DNA of 64,000 bases from Symbiobacterium sp. (GCA_020725405.1 DYFB01000037.1:8760-72759), one strand, 5' to 3'. Counted from the first letter of the stretch, positions 41,069 to 51,744 are shown. The notes: a model not told the origin generated them from the letters alone. Translations and numbers: made by a program.

Positions 41069-41653
41069 TTGGAGGAGCGGGTGTCTTCGCGCGCTGTCTT
41101 CAGGGGGCGCCTCGTCGGCCTGAGGGTCGACGAGGTCCGGGTCCTTCCCGAAGGCCGGGCGGCGAGCCGCGAGATCGTCGAACATCCGGGGGCGGTGGCT
41201 GTCGTGCCGGTCACGACCGAGGGTGAGGTCGTCCTCGTGCGCCAGTACCGTTACGCCGCGGGCGAGGAGCTCCTCGAGATTCCCGCGGGCACCCTCGAGC
41301 CGGGCGAGGAGCCGGCGGCGTGCGCCGTGAGGGAGCTCCGGGAGGAGACCGGCCGGAGCGCGGCCGCGCTCGAACCGCTGGGCTCGCTCTTTTCCTCCCC
41401 CGGGTTCTGCGACGAGGTCATCCACCTCTTCCTCGCCCGCCTGGAGGATCCGGGGGACGAGGCGTCGGCCAACGGGGAGAGAGGGGCCTACAACTACGCC
41501 ACGGACGAGGACGAGAGGCTCGAGGTCGTTGTCCTGTCTCTTGAACGGGCAGTGGGCCTCGCCCGCGACGGGCGCCTGCGTGACGCCAAGACCGTGGCCG
41601 GCCTGTGCCTTGCGGCTCTCAGGCTCGACGACGGGTGCGGTCGGCGCCGGTGA
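41069..41653 (+). CDS. nudF: Nudix hydrolase (ADP-ribose pyrophosphatase NudF-like)
   Basis: REIVEHPGAV, RQYRYA, Nudix box GTLEPGEEPAACAVRELREETG, SPGFCDE, DAKT. Confidence 0.9.
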   Translation: MEERVSSRAVFRGRLVGLRVDEVRVLPEGRAASREIVEHPGAVAVVPVTTEGEVVLVRQYRYAAGEELLEIPAGTLEPGEEPAACAVRELREETGRSAAALEPLGSLFSSPGFCDEVIHLFLARLEDPGDEASANGERGAYNYATDEDERLEVVVLSLERAVGLARDGRLRDAKTVAGLCLAALRLDDGCGRRR

Positions 41654-43124
41654 GGGACCGGGGGTCCGGGATGGGCGGGGTCGACCGGTCGGGGGTGGTC
41701 GAGAAGCGGCGGGTCCTGGCTGACCTTCACGTCCACGTCGGGCGGGCCGCCGGGGGGCCGGTGAAGATTACGGCCTCGCCCCGGCTGACCCCGGCGGCGG
41801 CGCTCGAGGAGAGCTCCGACCGGAAGGGCCTGGACGCCGTGGCCGTCGTCGACGCCCACTCACCCCGGGTCCTAGCCGACCTCGACCGCCTCGTCCGCTC
41901 GGGAGAGCTCGAACCTCTTCCGGGTGGCGGGCTCAGGCGGTCCGGAGAACGACCCCTCCTCCTACTCCTGGCCTCAGAGGTTGAGGTGGTCGAGCACGGG
42001 CTGGGCCCGGTCCATTACCTGTGCTATCTGCCCGACCTCGATACGGCCCTCGGCTTCTCGGGCTTTCTCTCCGGGCGGGTGACGAACGTCGCCCTCGGCT
42101 CGCCGAGGGCCCGGTCGAGCGGGGAGGAGCTCGCCCGGTGGGTGGGGCGCGAGGGAGGCTTTCTGGTACCGGCCCACGTCTTCACGCCGCACAAGGGGTA
42201 CTTCGGCCAGGGCGGTCGGGATCTTAGCCGGCACCTCAGTGACCGGGCTCTCGAGGCTATCCCCGCGGTCGAGCTGGGGCTCAGCGCGGATACGGCCATG
42301 GCCGAGGCCGTGCCGTCCCTGGGCCCGTTCACCTTTCTCTCGAACTCGGACGCCCACTCGCCCGAGACCATCGCCCGCGAGCACAACGCCCTCATGGTCG
42401 GTGAGCCGCGGCCGGCCGGCCCCGCGGCAGGGGAGGGCTCGAACCCCCCTGGTGAGATGGACTTCCAGACCCTCTTCTCGGCCGTCCGGGACGGGCGGGT
42501 GGCGGCGAACTACGGGCTCGACCCGCGTCTTGGGAAGTACCACCGGGCCTTTTGCCCTCGGTGCGGGTTCCGGGCCGACCTGGCGGAGGGGGCGCGGCCG
42601 CGGACGGGAGGCCCCGCGCCGGCCCCGGCGGGAAGCCCGGCGCCGGCCCCGGCGGGAAGCCCGGCGCCGGCCCGGACGCGAGGCCCGGCGCCGACGCGGT
42701 GGGCGCGGCGAACCGCCGGGGCGTCTGCCCGGCCTGCGGCGCGCGGGAGTTCGTCGGGGGAGTCTGCGACCGGGTCCTCCAGCTCTCGGGGGGCGGCGCG
42801 GTCAGGGAAGCCCCCGGCGCTGAGCCGGGCGCGACTCGGGAGGAGGGCGGGCGAACGGGCCGGCCGCGACGGGCGCGTCCTCCCTACGTCCACCAGATAC
42901 CGCTCAGGTACGTGCCCGGAGTCGGCCCGGCCGTCGTTCGCCGGCTCATCGCGGCCTTCGGGACCGAGCTCCGCGTCCTGCACGAGGTGGAGGAGGAAGA
43001 TCTGGCCTCGGTCGTCGGCCCCCGGCTGGCCGCACGCCTTGCGGCCGCCCGGCGCGGGACGGCGGCCCTTGATATCGTCCCCGGGGCGGGGGGGCGCTAC
43101 GGACGGGTGCGCCCTCCCACATAA
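41650..43124 (+). pseudogene. Endonuclease Q / YqxK-family PHP protein split by a single-base frameshift near 42588-42592 (real or sequencing error)
   Basis: DLHVH, AHVFTPHKG, ELGLSAD, SNSDAHS, NYGLDPRLGKYH..C..C in frame 1; C..CG, RPPYVHQIPL..VPGVG, FGTEL.VLH, GAGG.YG in frame 3. Confidence 0.82.
42603..42698 (+). repeat. 4 x 24-bp imperfect tandem repeat inside endoQ zinc-finger loop
   Basis: g[a/g]cg[g/c]ga[g/a]gccc[c/g]gcgccg..., two central units nearly identical. Confidence 0.85.
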
Positions 43125-43147
43125 CGGACCATACGGGCGCATAGGGG
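43119..43147 (+). promoter_or_regulatory. Candidate sigma-E promoter of spoIIM
   Basis: ACATAAC-N14-CATAGGGG. Confidence 0.5.
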
Positions 43148-43182
43148 TGAGGATGACGCTCTCGACCCCGGGGGAGTGCGCC

Positions 43183-43824
43183 GTGTCCTTCATCGGGCAG
43201 TTCAGGGGTGGGCTGAAGGGCTACCTTAGCGAGTCTCTTCCGTATTACTTCTTCGTCGGGCTCCTCTTCGTCATCGGGGTGTCCTTTGGAGCCCTCGCGG
43301 TGAACGCCCTCACCCCGAACCAGAAGGCCGAGCTGCTCGACTACATGCAGGTCTTCCTCCGGGGTCTCGGCCGCGAGCTCGGCGGGATGGACAGCGGCGT
43401 CGTCCTGCGCCAGTCGGCGGCCAATAACCTCAAGACGGCCGGCCTTATCTGGCTTCTGGGAGCGACGGTCGTCGGAGCCCCGCTGGCCCTGGTCATCATC
43501 TTCGTGCGCGGGTTCGTCATCGGGTTCTCTGTCGCGTTTCTCTTCAGTGAGATGGGGGCGAGGGGTCTCGCCCTCTCGGTCCTGTGCATTTTCCCCCAGA
43601 ATCTCGTCGCCGTGCCGGCCGTCCTCGCGGTTGGCGTCTCCTCGCTCGCTTTCGCCGTCCTGGCCGTCCGCCAGCGGGTGGGGCGCTTCCGGGTGAACCT
43701 GGCCGAGGAGTTCCTGGCCTACACCTTCACCTGCCTGGTCCTCGCGGCGCTGCTCGTCGGGGCCAGCTTGATCGAGGCCTACGTCACCCCGATGTTCATG
43801 GCCTTCATCGCCGGAATCCAATAG
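43183..43824 (+). CDS. spoIIM: Stage II sporulation protein M
   Basis: LFVIGVSFGAL.V, IWLLG..VVG.P, RGFVIGFSV, PQNL..VP, EAYVTP; 213 aa from GTG with GGGGAG. Confidence 0.93.
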   Translation: MSFIGQFRGGLKGYLSESLPYYFFVGLLFVIGVSFGALAVNALTPNQKAELLDYMQVFLRGLGRELGGMDSGVVLRQSAANNLKTAGLIWLLGATVVGAPLALVIIFVRGFVIGFSVAFLFSEMGARGLALSVLCIFPQNLVAVPAVLAVGVSSLAFAVLAVRQRVGRFRVNLAEEFLAYTFTCLVLAALLVGASLIEAYVTPMFMAFIAGIQ

Positions 43825-43948
43825 CCCCGATTCCTCCGCAGGAGGATTCTACTCCCCCGCCAGAAAAGAGACATCGAGCCAGTGATTCCGGGAGCTCCCG
43901 TTCGCGGCCTGGGGCCCGGGACGGGAGCCCGAGGAGGTTTTCGGTGTC

Positions 43949-45070
43949 GTGATCATCGGGGTTCCGAAAGAGATCAAGACCCTCGAAGGGAGAGTGGCCA
44001 TCACCCCCGGCGGCGTCATCACCCTGACCGGGGCCGGGCACCGCGTCCTGGTCGAAAAGGGGGCCGGTCTCGGGAGCGGGTTCGAGGACGCCGACTTCGC
44101 GAGCGCGGGGGCCGTCATCGTCCAGGACAAGAAGGCCCTTTTCGACGAGGCGGAGATGATTCTCAAGGTCAAAGAACCCCTCCCCGAGGAGTACGGTCTC
44201 TTCCACGAGGGCCAGATGCTCTTCACCTACCTGCATCTGGCGGCGGACCGTGACCTCACGGTGGCTTTGATGAAGGCCGGAATCATCGGCATTGCCTACG
44301 AGACGGTCGAGGTCAACGGGCAGCTGCCCCTCCTGACGCCGATGAGCGAGATAGCCGGGCGCATGGCCACCCAGATCGGCGCCCACTTCCTGGAGAAGCC
44401 GCAAGGGGGGCGAGGGGTCCTCCTCGGGGGGGTGCCGGGCGTACCGCCGGCCGAGGTCATCGTCATCGGGGGCGGGATAGTCGGCAAGAACGCGGCTCGC
44501 GTCGCCCTCGGGATGGGAGCGGCCGTCTGCATCCTTGACATCAACCCGGACCGGCTGAGGGAGATTGACGACCTCTGGGCCGGACGGGTCATGACCCTGG
44601 CCTCGAACACCCTGAACATCGCCGCGGCCGTGGCCCGGGCCGACCTTCTCGTCGGCGCGGTCCTCATCCCGGGCGCCAAGGCCCCGAAGCTCGTTACCGA
44701 GGAGATGGTCAGGACGATGAAGCCCGGGTCGGTGATCGTCGACGTGGCCATCGACCAGGGCGGGTGCGTCGAGACCATCGACCGGGTCACCACCCACCGC
44801 GACCCTGTGTACGTCAAGCACGGCGTCGTGCACTATTCGGTGGCCAACATGCCCGGGGCCGTCCCGCGGACCTCCACGTTCGCCCTGACGAACGCGACCC
44901 TTCCCTACGTTGTCCGGCTGGCCTCGCTGGGTCCGGCAGCGGTGAGGGACCACCCGGCCCTGGCCAAGGGGGTCAACGTCTGGCGGGGCAAGCTTACCTA
45001 CGAGGCCGTGGCCGTGGCCCACGGCCTGGAGCACACGCCTCTCGGCGAGGCCGCCGCCTCCGGGTTCTAG
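43949..45070 (+). CDS. ald: Alanine dehydrogenase
   Basis: [69 protein letters not shown]. Confidence 0.97.
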   Translation: MIIGVPKEIKTLEGRVAITPGGVITLTGAGHRVLVEKGAGLGSGFEDADFASAGAVIVQDKKALFDEAEMILKVKEPLPEEYGLFHEGQMLFTYLHLAADRDLTVALMKAGIIGIAYETVEVNGQLPLLTPMSEIAGRMATQIGAHFLEKPQGGRGVLLGGVPGVPPAEVIVIGGGIVGKNAARVALGMGAAVCILDINPDRLREIDDLWAGRVMTLASNTLNIAAAVARADLLVGAVLIPGAKAPKLVTEEMVRTMKPGSVIVDVAIDQGGCVETIDRVTTHRDPVYVKHGVVHYSVANMPGAVPRTSTFALTNATLPYVVRLASLGPAAVRDHPALAKGVNVWRGKLTYEAVAVAHGLEHTPLGEAAASGF

Positions 45071-45152
45071 TCCGGCGGGCCCTGGTCATACTAATCCACG
45101 GGGGAGGGTGCGTAGCTGGGCATCTAATCGGGAGAGGTTGGAGGCCGGGAAG

Positions 45153-45398
45153 GTGCGGGTCATCTGGGTCCCCGGGGCCGGGCGGAGGACGCGCGGTGTT
45201 GTCCGGCTCGCGGTCCTGACCCTGGCGGTGCTGGCTGTCGCCGGCTTCCTGGCGTCCTGGGTCGTGTACCTCCTGTGCCCGCCGAGCCTCGACGCCCCCT
45301 GGGACAAGGTCCGGCCCGGGTCGAGGCCCCCGGCCCGACCGTCCGGACCGGCGGCGGAGGAGCCCACCGGGCCGGGTGGTCTCCCCGGGGGGACCTGA
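45153..45398 (+). CDS. Small single-TM protein at the yqzK (DUF4227) position
   Basis: GGAGG 8 nt before GTG, one hydrophobic segment, directly upstream of xerD. Confidence 0.5.
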   Translation: MRVIWVPGAGRRTRGVVRLAVLTLAVLAVAGFLASWVVYLLCPPSLDAPWDKVRPGSRPPARPSGPAAEEPTGPGGLPGGT

Positions 45399-45421
45399 GG
45401 CAACCTCGAACTGGGCTCCAA

Positions 45422-45446
45422 AGGAATCTCAGGCAGGGCGTAGAAT
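45422..45446 (+). promoter_or_regulatory. Candidate sigma-H promoter upstream of xerD
   Basis: aaAGGAatc-N11-gtaGAAT, close to consensus. Confidence 0.55.
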
Positions 45447-45530
45447 GCCGAGGATTGGCTGGCAGGGACGGCCTGGCCCGCGTTTCCCCAGCCGGGTCCG
45501 GTGGGCGAGGCGACGTGCAGAGGAGCAGGT

Positions 45531-46421
45531 ATGCAGGATCTCATCGGAGACTTCATACACTATCTGAGCGTCGAGCGTGGACTCGCCTCCAATACGCTCG
45601 AGTCCTACAGCCGAGACCTCCGGCAGTACTGGGCCTACCTCCACACAAAAGCCCGCCTGATGTCGCTGAGGGACGCCTCCCGAGCCAACGTCATCTCCTA
45701 CCTGCTCCAAATGGAGAAGCAGGGGAAGTCGCCGGCGACCATCGCCCGGCGGCTCGCCGCTCTCAAGTCTTTCTACCAGTTCCTCGTGCGCGAAAGCCTG
45801 GTCGAGCGCGACCCCACAGCCAACCTCGAATCGCCCAAACTCGACCGGAAGTTGCCGAAGGTCCTCACGGTCCGGGAGGTTGAGACCCTCCTCCGCCAGC
45901 CGAGGACGGGCACCGTGGGCGGCCTGCGCGACAAGGCCATGCTCGAAGTCCTCTACGCCACCGGTATCCGCGTCTCCGAGCTCGTCTCCCTTCTCCTGTC
46001 AGACGTGAACCTCGAGCTCCGCTATGTCCGGTGTCTCGGCAAGGGCTCAAAGGAGCGTCTCGTACCCCTGGGGAGCATCGCCTGTCAGGCCGTGGCCGAC
46101 TACCTGGCCCGGAGTCGTCCGAAGCTCGTCAAGGACCCCGGGGAGCGTCATCTGTTCGTCAACCATCACGGTCACCGGATGACCCGCCAGGGGTTCTGGA
46201 AGATAGTCAAGAAGTACGCGGCCGAGGCCGGGATAAAGAAGCCCATAACCCCTCACACCCTGAGGCACTCCTTCGCCACGCATCTCCTCGAGAACGGGGC
46301 CGACGTGCGGGCGGTGCAGGAGATGCTCGGCCACGCCGACATCTCGACGACCCAGGTCTACACTCATATCAACCGGGGCAAGCTCCGTGACGTGTACAGG
46401 AACAGCCACCCGAGGGCCTGA
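45531..46421 (+). CDS. xerD: Site-specific tyrosine recombinase XerD
   Basis: [65 protein letters not shown]. Confidence 0.96.
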   Translation: MQDLIGDFIHYLSVERGLASNTLESYSRDLRQYWAYLHTKARLMSLRDASRANVISYLLQMEKQGKSPATIARRLAALKSFYQFLVRESLVERDPTANLESPKLDRKLPKVLTVREVETLLRQPRTGTVGGLRDKAMLEVLYATGIRVSELVSLLLSDVNLELRYVRCLGKGSKERLVPLGSIACQAVADYLARSRPKLVKDPGERHLFVNHHGHRMTRQGFWKIVKKYAAEAGIKKPITPHTLRHSFATHLLENGADVRAVQEMLGHADISTTQVYTHINRGKLRDVYRNSHPRA

Positions 46422-47607
46422 CCCGGTCGGCCCCGTGGTCATCACCGTCCTCGACGGCGTGGGGGTGGGGGCTTTACCCGATGCCGCGCGCTACGGGGAC
46501 GAAGGCAGTCACACCCTCGGTAACATGGCCCGGGCGGTCGGCGGGCTCCGCCTCCCCAACCTCGAGGCCATGGGGCTCGGCCTGGTCGCCGACATCCTGG
46601 GGGTCGCCCGGCGGCCTCCGGCGGGCGCGGCCGGGAGAATGGCCGAACTCTCGCCCGGCAAGGACACCCTGACCGGACACTGGGAGCTCACGGGTCTGGT
46701 CAGCCGGGACCCCATTCCCACCTACCCCGGGGGCTTCCCCGAGGCTATGCTGGCACCGTTCGAGCGGGCCATCGGCCGGAGGGCTTTGGGCAACCGGGCG
46801 GCGTCGGGGACGGAGATAATCGAGGAGCTCGGCCGGGAGCACCTCGAGACGGGGCGGCCCATCGTCTACACTTCGGCCGACAGCGTCTTCCAGGTGGCCG
46901 CCCACGAGGAGGTCGTCCCTCCCGAGGAGCTTTACCGGATGTGCGAGACCGCCCGGGAGCTCTACCGGAGCCCGCCCTACCTGGTCGGTCGGGTCATCGC
47001 CCGACCCTTTACCGGACGCCCGGGCTCGTTCCGGCGGACCGCGGGCCGCCGGGATTTCAGCCTGCCGCCGCCGGGCCCCACGCTCCTTGACGACCTAGCC
47101 GCGGCCGGCCTCCCCGTCGTCGCCGTGGGCAAGATCAAGGACATCTTCACCGGCCGGGGGGTGACCGCGCACGTTCCGGCCTCGGGGAACGAGGGCATCC
47201 TCGAGGCCGTCATCAAGACGGCCTCGGCCGCGGACCGCGGCCTTGTTCTTGGAAACCTCGTCGACTTCGACATGCTTTACGGGCACCGCAACGACCCCTC
47301 CGGGTTCGCCCGGGCTCTGGAGGCCTTTGACCGGGAACTCCCGCGTCTCAGGCAGGCGGCCCTAGGGCGGGGCCGGGGCGTTCTCGTCCTCACCGCCGAC
47401 CACGGGTGTGACCCGACCACCCCGAGCACCGACCACTCCCGGGAGTACGTGCCCGTCCTTCTGGAGGGGGCAGGAGTCTCCCCGGGGGTGGACCTCGGGA
47501 CGCGCGGGAGCCTGGCCGACCTGGCCGCGACCATCGCCGACCTCCTGGGCCTCAGGGCCTACCGGGGAGCCGGCCTGAGTTTCGCCGCGGCTCTCGGTCG
47601 GCCGTGA
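46387..47607 (+). CDS. deoB: Phosphopentomutase (start uncertain, 46387 or 46435)
   Basis: [61 protein letters not shown]. Confidence 0.95.
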   Translation: MTCTGTATRGPDPVGPVVITVLDGVGVGALPDAARYGDEGSHTLGNMARAVGGLRLPNLEAMGLGLVADILGVARRPPAGAAGRMAELSPGKDTLTGHWELTGLVSRDPIPTYPGGFPEAMLAPFERAIGRRALGNRAASGTEIIEELGREHLETGRPIVYTSADSVFQVAAHEEVVPPEELYRMCETARELYRSPPYLVGRVIARPFTGRPGSFRRTAGRRDFSLPPPGPTLLDDLAAAGLPVVAVGKIKDIFTGRGVTAHVPASGNEGILEAVIKTASAADRGLVLGNLVDFDMLYGHRNDPSGFARALEAFDRELPRLRQAALGRGRGVLVLTADHGCDPTTPSTDHSREYVPVLLEGAGVSPGVDLGTRGSLADLAATIADLLGLRAYRGAGLSFAAALGRP

Positions 47608-47671
47608 CTGGCCGGCCCAGCCCAGCGAGCCCCGTCGTTCGCGGGCCTCGCTACGGAAGAGAGGGAGAGTA

Positions 47672-48571
47672 ATGAGCGTAGGTCAGGAGGACCAGGTACT
47701 CACCTCGGTCTGGGTCAGGGCGGGCGAAGCGGCTCGCTATGTCCGGCGGTCCGCCGGTCTCGGCGAGATCCGGGTGGACGCCTTCCTCGTGTTGGGCTCG
47801 GGCTTGGGTGACCTCGCCGACGAGATAGCGGGCGGCGCGAGTCTCCCCTACGAGGAGATACCGCACTTCCCCCGGTCGACCGTCGAGGGGCACGCGGGGC
47901 GGCTCGTCGTCGGGAGCCTCGCCGGGCGGACGGTCGCAGCGATGCAGGGGCGGTTCCACTACTACGAGGGATACGACCTCCGGGACGTTACCTTCGGCGT
48001 CCGGGTCTCCCAGCGCCTAGGCGCGCCGGCCGTTCTCCTGACCAACGCGGCGGGCGGCCTCAACCCGGAGTTCGAACCGGGCGACCTCATGCTGGTAACC
48101 GACCATCTCAACCTCTTCCCCGACAGCCCTCTGCGGGGGCCCAACGACCCGAGGTTCGGCCCGCGCTTCCCCTCACCCGTGGGGGTCTACCACCCGGACC
48201 TCCTCGCGGCCGCCCGCCGGGCCGCGTCCCGCGAGGGGTTCACCTGCCGTGAGGGGGTCTACGCCGGCCTCCCGGGGCCGAGCTACGAGACGGAGGCCGA
48301 GGTCCGCTACCTCACCCTCATCGGGGCCGACGCGGTGGGGATGTCCACCGTCCCCGAGGCCCTGGTGGCCGGGCACGGCGGCCAGAAGGTGCTCGCCGTC
48401 TCAATCATCACCAACGTCCTCGGGCGGACCAGGGGTCAGGTCGTGAGCCACGAGGAGGTCCTCGAGGTGGCCGGACGGGCGCGGAACCGGCTGGCCGCCC
48501 TCCTGAAGGGCGTCCTGGCCGGACCGGGGCCCTGGGAGGACGCCGGGCCGGGCGGGGGTGGGACCCGGTGA
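47672..48571 (+). CDS. punA: Purine nucleoside phosphorylase
   Basis: VLGSGLG, GHAG, QGRFHYYEG, TNAAGG, GPSYET.AE, GADAVGMSTVPE. Confidence 0.95.
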   Translation: MSVGQEDQVLTSVWVRAGEAARYVRRSAGLGEIRVDAFLVLGSGLGDLADEIAGGASLPYEEIPHFPRSTVEGHAGRLVVGSLAGRTVAAMQGRFHYYEGYDLRDVTFGVRVSQRLGAPAVLLTNAAGGLNPEFEPGDLMLVTDHLNLFPDSPLRGPNDPRFGPRFPSPVGVYHPDLLAAARRAASREGFTCREGVYAGLPGPSYETEAEVRYLTLIGADAVGMSTVPEALVAGHGGQKVLAVSIITNVLGRTRGQVVSHEEVLEVAGRARNRLAALLKGVLAGPGPWEDAGPGGGGTR

Positions 48572-49884
48572 CCCGCGCCTGGTCTCCGGTTGAGACCATC
48601 CGACGCAAGCGGGACGGCCTCGCCCTGACGACCGAGGAGATAGAGAATATCGTCCGCGGTTACGTGGACGGCCGTATTCCCGACTACCAGATGAGTGCGC
48701 TCCTCATGGCCATCTTCTTCCGAGGGCTCGACGAGCGGGAGATGACCGACCTGACCATGGCCATGGCCCGCTCCGGGGACATGCTCGACTTCGTCGACGA
48801 TGCGCGCGTCGTGGACAAGCACTCCACCGGGGGGGTCGGCGACAAGACGAGTCTGGTCGTGGTGCCCCTGGTGGCCGCGGCCGGAGCCGTCGTGGCCAAG
48901 ATGTCCGGGCGCGGCCTCGGCCACAGCGGGGGGACCATCGACAAGCTCGAGTCCATCCCGGGTTTCCGGGCCTCTCTTGGACCCGAGGAGTTCCGACGGC
49001 AGGTTGCCGAGGTCGGGGCGGTCATCGCCGGGCAGTCCGGCAACCTCGTCCCGGCCGACAAACTCATCTACGCCCTCCGGGACGTCACGGCTACGGTGGA
49101 CAGCGTCGGCCTCATCGCCTCGAGCGTGATGTCCAAGAAGATCGCCGGCGGCGCCCGTCGTCTGGTGCTCGACGTCAAGGCCGGACGCGGCGCCTTCATG
49201 ACCGACCGGGAGGCGGCCGTCGAACTCGCTCGGGCCATGGTCGCCATCGGCCGGAAGGCGGGTCTCGGCGTCGTGGCGGTGGTGACAGCCATGGACCAGC
49301 CGCTCGGACGGGCCGTCGGCAACGCCCTCGAGGTGGCCGAGGCCGTGCGCTGCCTCAGGGGAGAGGGGCCGGAGGACCTTGAGGAACTATGCCTCGTCCT
49401 CGGGTCGCACATGCTCACTCTGGCCGGGCTCGCCCCGACCCCGGGCGAGGCCCGGGAGCGGCTCTCTTCGGTCCTGCGCGGCGGGCAGGCTCTGGAGCGT
49501 TTCAGGCGGATGGTGAGCGCCCAGGGCGGGGACGGCCGCGTCGCCGACCGGCCGGAGGAGGTCCTGGCGGCGGCCCCGGTGCGGGCCGAGGTGAGGGCCG
49601 AAAGACCCGGATGGGTAAGAAGCGTCGACGCCCTGGCCGTGGGCCGGCTGGCCATGGCCCTCGGGGGCGGGCGGCACCGCAAAGAGGACGAGGTAGACCT
49701 GTCGGTGGGTGTGGTCCTCGGGGCGAAGGTAGGTGAGCGGGTGGCACCCGGTGAGGTCCTGGCCACGGTCCACGCGAGAACGGCGGACCAGGCCCAGGAA
49801 GCCGCGGCGGAACTCGCTGCAGCCTTCGACATCTCCGGAGAACCCGTCGCGCCCCCGGCGCTCGTCCTCGAGACTGTCAGCTGA
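48568..49884 (+). CDS. pdp: Pyrimidine-nucleoside phosphorylase
   Basis: IPDYQMSALLMA, DKHSTGGVGDK, KMSGRGLGHSGGTIDKLES, SSVMSKK, LDVK.G.GAF, PLGRAVGNALEV. Confidence 0.97.
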   Translation: MTRAWSPVETIRRKRDGLALTTEEIENIVRGYVDGRIPDYQMSALLMAIFFRGLDEREMTDLTMAMARSGDMLDFVDDARVVDKHSTGGVGDKTSLVVVPLVAAAGAVVAKMSGRGLGHSGGTIDKLESIPGFRASLGPEEFRRQVAEVGAVIAGQSGNLVPADKLIYALRDVTATVDSVGLIASSVMSKKIAGGARRLVLDVKAGRGAFMTDREAAVELARAMVAIGRKAGLGVVAVVTAMDQPLGRAVGNALEVAEAVRCLRGEGPEDLEELCLVLGSHMLTLAGLAPTPGEARERLSSVLRGGQALERFRRMVSAQGGDGRVADRPEEVLAAAPVRAEVRAERPGWVRSVDALAVGRLAMALGGGRHRKEDEVDLSVGVVLGAKVGERVAPGEVLATVHARTADQAQEAAAELAAAFDISGEPVAPPALVLETVS

Positions 49885-49901
49885 AGAGCGGCCGCTCGCT
49901 T

Positions 49902-49919
49902 CCCGGCCTCAAGGCCGGG
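49902..49919. terminator. Hairpin between convergent pdp and dinB-like gene
   Basis: cccggcc-tcaa-ggccggg; no clear U-tract. Confidence 0.4.
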
Positions 49920-49965
49920 TTCGCGCGGGGCGGGCCCGGCCCCGTCACTCGCGGCTGGTGTCCGA

Positions 49966-50433
49966 TCATTCCCAGATGTTCGGCGGCGTTACCCCGGCCA
50001 CGCGGAGCGAGGTAACCAGGCTGCCGCGGTGGTGGGCCTCGTGGTCCATCCACTCCAGCCAGAGCTGGCCGAGAGACCACTCGGCGCCCCAGGGGAGCCT
50101 GACCGTTCTCGCCAGATCGGCGTCGGTCAGCCCGGACAGGTAGGCCCCCGTGGCCTCGGTTTGCTCATCGAGGGCGGCCAGGATACGGTCGAGCGTCGGG
50201 TAGCGTTCGAGAGTGAAGCCCTGGTCCCATTCCCACGCCGATCGGGTGGCGCTGAGGGCGTCGACGGCCGTCTTCTCGACCGAGGTCACGTGGAGGACGA
50301 TCTCGCCAAGAGACATGGTCCCCTCGGCCGGACGGAAGCCCTCCTGTCCCGGCGGGATGGCGGCGGCGGTGGTCCGGAACATCTTCCGGGCTGTCTTCCA
50401 GCGCTCGTAGAGAAACTTCGAGTCCAAGTTCAT
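49966..50433 (-). CDS. DinB/YfiT-superfamily putative metalloenzyme
   Basis: 155 aa; FRP..G.MS.GE...H, and HEAHHRG..L..LR..G..PP; GGAGGAG SD. Confidence 0.85.
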   Translation of the reverse strand: MNLDSKFLYERWKTARKMFRTTAAAIPPGQEGFRPAEGTMSLGEIVLHVTSVEKTAVDALSATRSAWEWDQGFTLERYPTLDRILAALDEQTEATGAYLSGLTDADLARTVRLPWGAEWSLGQLWLEWMDHEAHHRGSLVTSLRVAGVTPPNIWE

Positions 50434-50574
50434 CACCGGCCTCTCCTCCGGAGATGGCGGACGAACGCGAGTTCGCTGACCGGACCGGTTCTCCTTTCTC
50501 CTGACATCAAACGACAGGAGGGGGCGTAACCTTTGGCGGACCTTCATCCCCTCGTCCGCCGGAGGGATCGTCAG

Positions 50575-51729
50575 ATGAGCCGGGCCCGGAAGAACGTTCT
50601 CTACCTGGCGGGGTTCCTCGCCGCGGTCCTGGCCTGGCCCGCGGGCGTGTTCGCCCAGCAGCCCGCCCTCGATCTCGCCTCGCCCTCGGCCATCCTCATC
50701 GACGCCCTGAGCGGCCAGGTCCTCTACGAGAAGAACGCCGACGAGCGGAACGCCCCGGCTAGCCTGACCAAGATAATGACCCTCCTCCTGGCCGTGGAGG
50801 CCATCGAGGCCGGGCGACTGGGGCTGCAGGACATCGTCGTGGCCAGCGAGCACGCCGAGAGCTACGGCGGGACCGAGATATGGCTCGAGACCGGTGAGGA
50901 GATGACGGTCGAGCACATCCTCCTGGCCATCGCCGTGGCTTCGGCCAACGACGCCTCGGTGGCCATCGCCGAACACCTGGCCGGGTCGGAGGCGGAATTC
51001 GTCGAGCTCATGAACCAGCGGGCCCGGGAGCTCGGGATGACCCGGACGAACTTCGGCAACTCGCACGGTCTCGACGACCCCGACCACTACACGACAGCCC
51101 GGGACATGGCCACTCTCTCGCGCGAGGCAGTGAGGCACCCGCTTCTCCTCAAGTACACGGCAATCTATGAGACCTACATCCGCGGGAACAAGACCTGGCT
51201 GGTCAACCGGAACAGGATGGTCACTTTCTACCAGGGGTGCGACGGTCTGAAGACCGGCTGGACCCAGGAGGCCGGGTACTCGGTCTCCGTGACGGCCCAG
51301 CGCGGAGGGACGCGGTTCATCGCCGTGGTCATGGGGGCCGCGGCGGCTGCCGACCGCTTCTCCGACACGACCAAGATGCTGAACTGGGCCTTCGCCAGGT
51401 ACAGCTCCCTCCTCGTGGCCGAAAAAGGGCAGAGTTACGGCACCGTGCCGGTCAACCTCGGGTCGTGTCCGACGGTAGAGGCCGTGGCTCCCGAGACCGG
51501 CGGGGTCCTCCTCGAGAAGGGGAGCGAGGGAGAGGTCACCCGCGAGGTGAGCCTGCTCCCGGTGGTGGAGGCTCCCGTCCGGCGCGGCGACCCCCTGGGG
51601 GCCATCGTCGTCCGCCAGGGCGACCGGGAGATAGGCCGGTGCCTTCTCGTGGCCGAGCGCGATATCGGGCGGATAGGCTGCTTCCGACTCGTCTGGCGCC
51701 TCTTCCTGAGGGTCCTCAGCGGCGGCTGA
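50575..51729 (+). CDS. dacF: D-alanyl-D-alanine carboxypeptidase DacF
   Basis: PASLTKIMT (SxxK), VASAND (SxN), DGLKTG; directly upstream of spoIIAA. Confidence 0.93.
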   Translation: MSRARKNVLYLAGFLAAVLAWPAGVFAQQPALDLASPSAILIDALSGQVLYEKNADERNAPASLTKIMTLLLAVEAIEAGRLGLQDIVVASEHAESYGGTEIWLETGEEMTVEHILLAIAVASANDASVAIAEHLAGSEAEFVELMNQRARELGMTRTNFGNSHGLDDPDHYTTARDMATLSREAVRHPLLLKYTAIYETYIRGNKTWLVNRNRMVTFYQGCDGLKTGWTQEAGYSVSVTAQRGGTRFIAVVMGAAAAADRFSDTTKMLNWAFARYSSLLVAEKGQSYGTVPVNLGSCPTVEAVAPETGGVLLEKGSEGEVTREVSLLPVVEAPVRRGDPLGAIVVRQGDREIGRCLLVAERDIGRIGCFRLVWRLFLRVLSGG

Positions 51730-51744
51730 CGCCTCCGTCCTCCC

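Noticed and set aside
41605-43824. 739-aa ORF as a genuine single protein
   Set aside because: Better explained as frameshifted endoQ plus spoIIM, which has its own promoter-like element and SD; the middle third is out-of-frame Arg/Pro-rich sequence
45531-46421. xerD as integrase of a mobile element or as the nadK-recN invertase
   Set aside because: Typical housekeeping XerD in its usual deoB-punA context; no dif-like sites at the inversion junctions
46418-46437. CTG start of deoB overlapping the xerD stop
   Set aside because: Out of frame by one base and no properly spaced SD; would need two ad hoc assumptions
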